Shown: piece by piece, positions 59,639 through 64,000 of the stretch | Layout: the number at the start of each line of letters is the position of its first letter | Position numbering within the stretch: the stretch's first letter is position 1 | NCBI GenBank assembly: GCA_963976765.1 | Contig: CAXBME010000003.1 | Coordinates: 62,001-126,000, forward strand | Direction: 5' to 3' | DNA: 64,000 bases | Source of the DNA: an uncultured Planctomycetaceae bacterium | GTDB lineage: Bacteria; Planctomycetota; Planctomycetia; Planctomycetales; Planctomycetaceae | Notes under the pieces: generated by a model | Database searches by the model: none | What the model saw: only the letters and a program-made list of their open reading frames with translations | What the model was told of the DNA's origin: nothing | Position numbers and translations under genes: made by a program

Positions 59639-59749
59639 TTTTAATCCGAGGTTTTTGTTTCATACTTGCTGCTTACTGGCAGAGCTGCTTTGGCCGCCTA
59701 TCATCCGTCTCTTCAACTGGAACAGACGGTTTCTTATTCGGATAGTTTG

Positions 59750-61126
59750 ATGAGTGACGCTCTTTCGATTCAGACAATTAACAGCCGCCAGAACAACGCT
59801 CGCGAAGTGCTGGACAAACTGCGTGATAAGCTGAGCCCTCGCGGAAACATCGTGTCAGAAGCCGGTCGCCAGCGAACGATCGAGCTGTTTGGTGAGCCGC
59901 TTTCGCCGCAGCAGGTCGTCGAGAGAATCTGCGATGACGTCCGGGTCGGCGGTCTGGATGCCGTGCTGGACTACTCGAAAAAACTCGACGGAAAGGAGCT
60001 CACGGCGCAAACGCTGCGAGTTTCCACCGAAGAATTCGAAGCCGCTCACAAAGCAGCCGATCCGGAATATCTTTCCACCATCCGCCGAATTCGAGACAAC
60101 ATCACTGAGTTCCAGACGGCAATCCTTTCCGAAGACATCGTCCAGATTCGTGAAAAAGGCGACGCTCGAATTGAACTCCGTCAGCGGTACCTGCCTCTGC
60201 AGCGAGTGGGAATCTGCGTGCCGGGCGGCGCAGCCGCTTATCCGTCAACCTTGTTAATGACCGCCGTGCCGGCTCAGGTGGCAGGCGTGAAAGAGATCGT
60301 CGTTGTTGTGCCACCGACCGATTTCGGTGGCTACAACACCGACCTGCTGGCAGCTTGCCACGAGCTGGGCATTTCTGAAGTTTACCGGATGGGCGGTGCG
60401 CAGGCCGTCGCCGCGATTGCTTACGGAGTGCCAGGAATTCAGCGAGTCGACAAAATCGTGGGGCCTGGCAATCTGTTCGTCGCACTGGCCAAGCGACACG
60501 TCTTCGGCGAGGTCGACATCGACAGTATTGCTGGCCCGAGCGAAGTCATCGTGCTGGCTGACGAAACCGCTCGCCCGGACTTTGTCGCTGCCGATCTGAT
60601 TTCGCAGGCCGAACACAGTCCCGGTTCTGGCGTGCTGATTACCTGGCACGAGCCGCTGATCGAAGCCGTCCGCGCAGAACTGACGCAGCAACTCGATCGT
60701 CTGCCGCGCGGCGACCTCGCTCGAATCAGCCTGCTTGACTACGGTGCACTGATCCTCGTCAGGGATGCGGAGGAAGCCGCTGAACTGACTGACCTCATGG
60801 CGCCCGAGCATCTCCACATCTCAACTGCCAAGCCCGACAAAATGCTGAAGAATGTTCAGAATGCCGGAGCGATTTTCCTGGGACATCACACGCCCGTCGC
60901 GGTAGGAGACTACATCGCCGGTCCGTCGCACGTTCTGCCAACCGGCGGCACCGCACGATTCGCCAACGGTCTCTGCTCAAACGATTTCCTGAAACGATCG
61001 TCCGTCATCTGGTACAACGAAGCGGCACTGTCAGAAGCCGCCGACGATTTGCGCGCAATGGCAACCAGGGAAGGTCTGACTGCCCACAGCGAAAGCGTCG
61101 ACATCCGCCTGCACGAGAAACGCTGA
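59750..61126 (+). CDS. hisD: Histidinol dehydrogenase
   Basis: VPGGAAAYPST, GGAQAVAA, KIVGPGN, AGPSEV, QAEH, APEHL, GDYIAGPSHVLPT, EGLTAH. Confidence 0.97.
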   Translation: MSDALSIQTINSRQNNAREVLDKLRDKLSPRGNIVSEAGRQRTIELFGEPLSPQQVVERICDDVRVGGLDAVLDYSKKLDGKELTAQTLRVSTEEFEAAHKAADPEYLSTIRRIRDNITEFQTAILSEDIVQIREKGDARIELRQRYLPLQRVGICVPGGAAAYPSTLLMTAVPAQVAGVKEIVVVVPPTDFGGYNTDLLAACHELGISEVYRMGGAQAVAAIAYGVPGIQRVDKIVGPGNLFVALAKRHVFGEVDIDSIAGPSEVIVLADETARPDFVAADLISQAEHSPGSGVLITWHEPLIEAVRAELTQQLDRLPRGDLARISLLDYGALILVRDAEEAAELTDLMAPEHLHISTAKPDKMLKNVQNAGAIFLGHHTPVAVGDYIAGPSHVLPTGGTARFANGLCSNDFLKRSSVIWYNEAALSEAADDLRAMATREGLTAHSESVDIRLHEKR

Positions 61127-61159
61127 ACAGCAGGCCAATGGACTTGCTGAGCGAAGTCT

Positions 61160-62275
61160 TTACGACAAGAGTTCGGCAAGTAACCCGACGATCTGGTTCG
61201 ACGTCGTGCCATCGCCGTAAGGGTTAATTGCTTCGGCCATTTGCTGGTAATGCGACGCGTCGGAAAGCAGACGCTCGGCTTCGGAAAGAATCTTCTCTTC
61301 GTTAGTCCCGACCAGCCGGACTCCGCCGTCCAGCCCTTCCTGACGCTCAGTCTGGTCACGCATGACGAGAACAGGCTTGCCGAGCGACGGTGCTTCTTCC
61401 TGAACGCCTCCCGAGTCTGTCAGAATAAACGTCGCACCACACATCAGCGCCACGAACGGCTCGTACGACTGCGGCGCGATCAGGCGGACATTCGGCAAGT
61501 CACCAAGGACGCGGTTGACTGGCTCCTGCACTCGTGGGTTCAAATGCACGGGGTAGACTATCTCCAGTTCCGGATGCCGCTGAGCGAGCGTAGCGATCGC
61601 TCGGCAGATGGACTCAAAGCCGTCTCCGAAACTTTCTCGACGATGCCCGGTGACCAGAACGTAGGGCCGTTCAAACTGACTGGTCAGTTCTTTGGTGGCG
61701 TCACTCTGCTGTCCGGACTCAATCCGGTCGCGAACCTGCAGCAACGCATCGATGACTGGATTTCCGGTGACAAAGACCGAAGCCTCGTCGACCCCCTCAT
61801 TAAGCAGCGTCTGGCGGTTGTTGTCTGTCGCGGCGAAATGCCAGCGTGCCAGTCGGGTCGTGAGAACCCGGTTCATCTCTTCCGGAAACGGCGCGCGAAT
61901 GTCGCCCGTGCGAAGGCCGGCTTCGACGTGCCCGATCGGAATATCCTGATAAAACGCTGCCAGCGCCGAGCAGAACGTCGTCGTCGTGTCCCCCTGAACC
62001 AGAATCGCATCCGGTTTCAGTTCGCCGATCACTGGCGTCAACTGGTCGATAATTCGCGAAGTCAACGCCGCCAACGTCTGGCCAGGCTGCATCAGATTCA
62101 GATCGACGTGCGGAGTAATTCCGAACAGTTCGAGGATCTGATCCAGCATCTCTCGGTGCTGAGCAGTGACGACGACCTGCGGTTCAAAGTCTGGATGTTT
62201 CTCCAGAGCCTGGACCAGCGGAGCCATTTTGATCGCTTCGGGACGCGTCCCGAATGCCAGCATGATCTTTTTCAT
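61160..62275 (-). CDS. wecB: UDP-N-acetylglucosamine 2-epimerase (non-hydrolysing)
   Basis: [56 protein letters not shown]. Confidence 0.97.
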   Translation of the reverse strand: MKKIMLAFGTRPEAIKMAPLVQALEKHPDFEPQVVVTAQHREMLDQILELFGITPHVDLNLMQPGQTLAALTSRIIDQLTPVIGELKPDAILVQGDTTTTFCSALAAFYQDIPIGHVEAGLRTGDIRAPFPEEMNRVLTTRLARWHFAATDNNRQTLLNEGVDEASVFVTGNPVIDALLQVRDRIESGQQSDATKELTSQFERPYVLVTGHRRESFGDGFESICRAIATLAQRHPELEIVYPVHLNPRVQEPVNRVLGDLPNVRLIAPQSYEPFVALMCGATFILTDSGGVQEEAPSLGKPVLVMRDQTERQEGLDGGVRLVGTNEEKILSEAERLLSDASHYQQMAEAINPYGDGTTSNQIVGLLAELLS

Positions 62276-63393
62276 GCGGTCGCTCGACGTTCAGAATATT
62301 GCTGATAAATCGCGACCGTTTCGCTGGCGATGCGGTCCCACGAGAATTGCTCGATAGCACGCTGGCGAGCTTCGTCACCCATTCGGCGACGCAACTGAGC
62401 ATCGGCTGCCAGACGGTGAATCGCTTTGGCGAGACCTGCCGGATCGCCTGGTTCAACGAGCAGTCCTGAATTTTCGTCGTCGATCAGAACGGGAATGCCG
62501 CCGACGCGAGTCCCAACCAGCGGAAGTCCGCAAGCCATCGACTCCAGACCGGTGATACTTGTGGCTTCCATAAACGAAGGCAGCACCGAGATGTCAGCCG
62601 ATCGATAAATTTCAGGCATGGTCCCGTTCTGAACGTTGCCAAGAAACACCGACGAGTTAATTGCGTTACCTTTGGTCAGAATGTTTGTGACGGCTGCTCG
62701 TTCTGCTCCGTCGCCAGCAAAGATGGCGCGAAACTTCAGTCCAGCGTCGGCAAGCCTGGTGAGCGCTTCGGCAAAGACGGTAACTCCGTTTTTCTCGACC
62801 AGTCGGCGAGCCAGTAGAATGACCACTTCATCATCCTGCACGCCCCACTCCTCACGAAACGTCGCTGCTCCTGGCGTAAAACGCTCGGTGTCGACGCCGT
62901 TCGAAATGAAAGTCACAGGCCCGTGGTAACCAACAGTCAGCGTCGCATCGACAAGTTCCTGACTGGGAGCCAGCACGTGAGAAATGTGAGAAAGCCGTCG
63001 GGCGATTTTTCGATGTTCTGCTGGCCCTTTCTGGATCCGCTTCAGAAAGCCGGAGGTGTGATTGGTAAAGACGACCGGTATCGCCAGATGTTTCGTTGCT
63101 TCCAGCGGTCGCATTCCATGAACGTGCACCACGTCGACACCCTGGTCGGCGATAAATTTCCGAAGCCAGCGATGAGTCATCCACGAATAGATTGGTTTCT
63201 GCTTCGGGATTGACGGACGGTGGACCGTCATGCCATGCAGAGTGCTGACCGGAGATCGCTCTGTTCCACACGGAATTGTGACCACATGCACATCGTGATT
63301 CTGCCTGGCCAGAGACTTGCCGAGTTCAACGACGTGAGCCGCAACTCCCCCCACATTCGGCGGAAAATCTACAGAGACAAGTGCGACTTTCAT
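62272..63393 (-). CDS. Glycosyltransferase family 4 protein
   Basis: [34 protein letters not shown]. Confidence 0.92.
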   Translation of the reverse strand: MKVALVSVDFPPNVGGVAAHVVELGKSLARQNHDVHVVTIPCGTERSPVSTLHGMTVHRPSIPKQKPIYSWMTHRWLRKFIADQGVDVVHVHGMRPLEATKHLAIPVVFTNHTSGFLKRIQKGPAEHRKIARRLSHISHVLAPSQELVDATLTVGYHGPVTFISNGVDTERFTPGAATFREEWGVQDDEVVILLARRLVEKNGVTVFAEALTRLADAGLKFRAIFAGDGAERAAVTNILTKGNAINSSVFLGNVQNGTMPEIYRSADISVLPSFMEATSITGLESMACGLPLVGTRVGGIPVLIDDENSGLLVEPGDPAGLAKAIHRLAADAQLRRRMGDEARQRAIEQFSWDRIASETVAIYQQYSERRATA

Positions 63394-63640
63394 GGTGTAA
63401 AACCTCGGGTTGCCTTAACGATGCCGGCAGGAATCCTGGAAAGTGGTTCGTGGTCGTGTTCAGGGCTGAGCGTGAATCAGGGCTGAGGTTGAGCGCCGGT
63501 GAGCCTGAAGGTAGCTGGCTGCGAGGGCGCGGCCTATTGTCAGCTGTCGATGTTCAATTTCCGACGATGATCGCTTGAACTCAGGCTCTCAGAAGTTCGT
63601 CGGAATGAACGATTTTCCAAATTACAGAGTGCCATGCGAT

Positions 63641-64000
63641 TCATGCCGCCCGCCCCCGCTCGTGATGATCGGCTGGCTGGCCAGTCGAGTGATCGTCGGT
63701 TCGAAGGGTCTTGTCGCCTGAGCGGGCGGCGATGTTTTCCGGATGCAGATCCGGAAGCAGACTCGTACCGTGGTGTTCGTGTTGAAAATGTTCGTAGAGT
63801 TTGGCGTACTTCAGAAATGCGTAATTTGCCATGCAGACAGAACCGATCAGGCCGGCCCATCCATTCAAGAAGTTGCGTTTAAAGATGTATGACTTCAGAA
63901 ACATGAACGGTGGATAAAAGATGCAGACCCAGGGGTTTGATTTCTTGCGCCGCCTGGCTTTGTATTCAACAAGACCGGTCGAATACATGTTCAACTTGTC
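63641..64000 (-). CDS. C-terminal part of a family 2 glycosyltransferase (5' end outside window)
   Basis: KMNMYST...FLKSYIFKRNFLNGWAGL...YAFLKYAKLYE, like the C-terminus of LPS beta-1,4-glucosyltransferase-type GT2 enzymes. Confidence 0.75.
   Translation of the reverse strand, partial: DKLNMYSTGLVEYKARRRKKSNPWVCIFYPPFMFLKSYIFKRNFLNGWAGLIGSVCMANYAFLKYAKLYEHFQHEHHGTSLLPDLHPENIAARSGDKTLRTDDHSTGQPADHHERGRAA

Overview
64-kb bacterial chromosomal segment, almost certainly from a planctomycete (LEPR-XLL/Planc_extracel secreted proteins, DUF1549/DUF1553-DUF1501-WD40 cluster, sulfatase, PQQ-propeller, DUF1080). Most of the window is ordinary planctomycete backbone (yacG, ychF, RND pump, MscK-like channel, feoAB, ABC transporter, hisD, wecB, glycosyltransferases). 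The most striking unannotated structure is at ~15.7-20.4 kb: an integron-type gene-cassette array with eight attC-like sites (six of exactly 91 bp, two truncated) and no integrase in the window (a CALIN). In six of seven testable cassettes the 5' core site is the perfect reverse complement of the cassette's own 3' R'' box. The array holds a HEPN-motif ORF truncated by an ISAs1 element, two small membrane/secreted proteins, a sialidase-like protein, a DUF1569 protein and three apparently non-coding cassettes. Other notable items: a large adhesin with an integrin-beta-like vWA domain (missing from the ORF track), a DUF4178/Gly-rich-Lys peptide/DUF350/aminopropyltransferase operon, an AT-richer PKD-protein + LRR pair resembling a toxin-immunity module, a decayed ychF duplicate bounding the RND operon, a 77-bp REPIN-like element present twice, and a Fur-like palindrome between feoA and feoB. 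Family calls come from motif recognition by eye; no searches were run.
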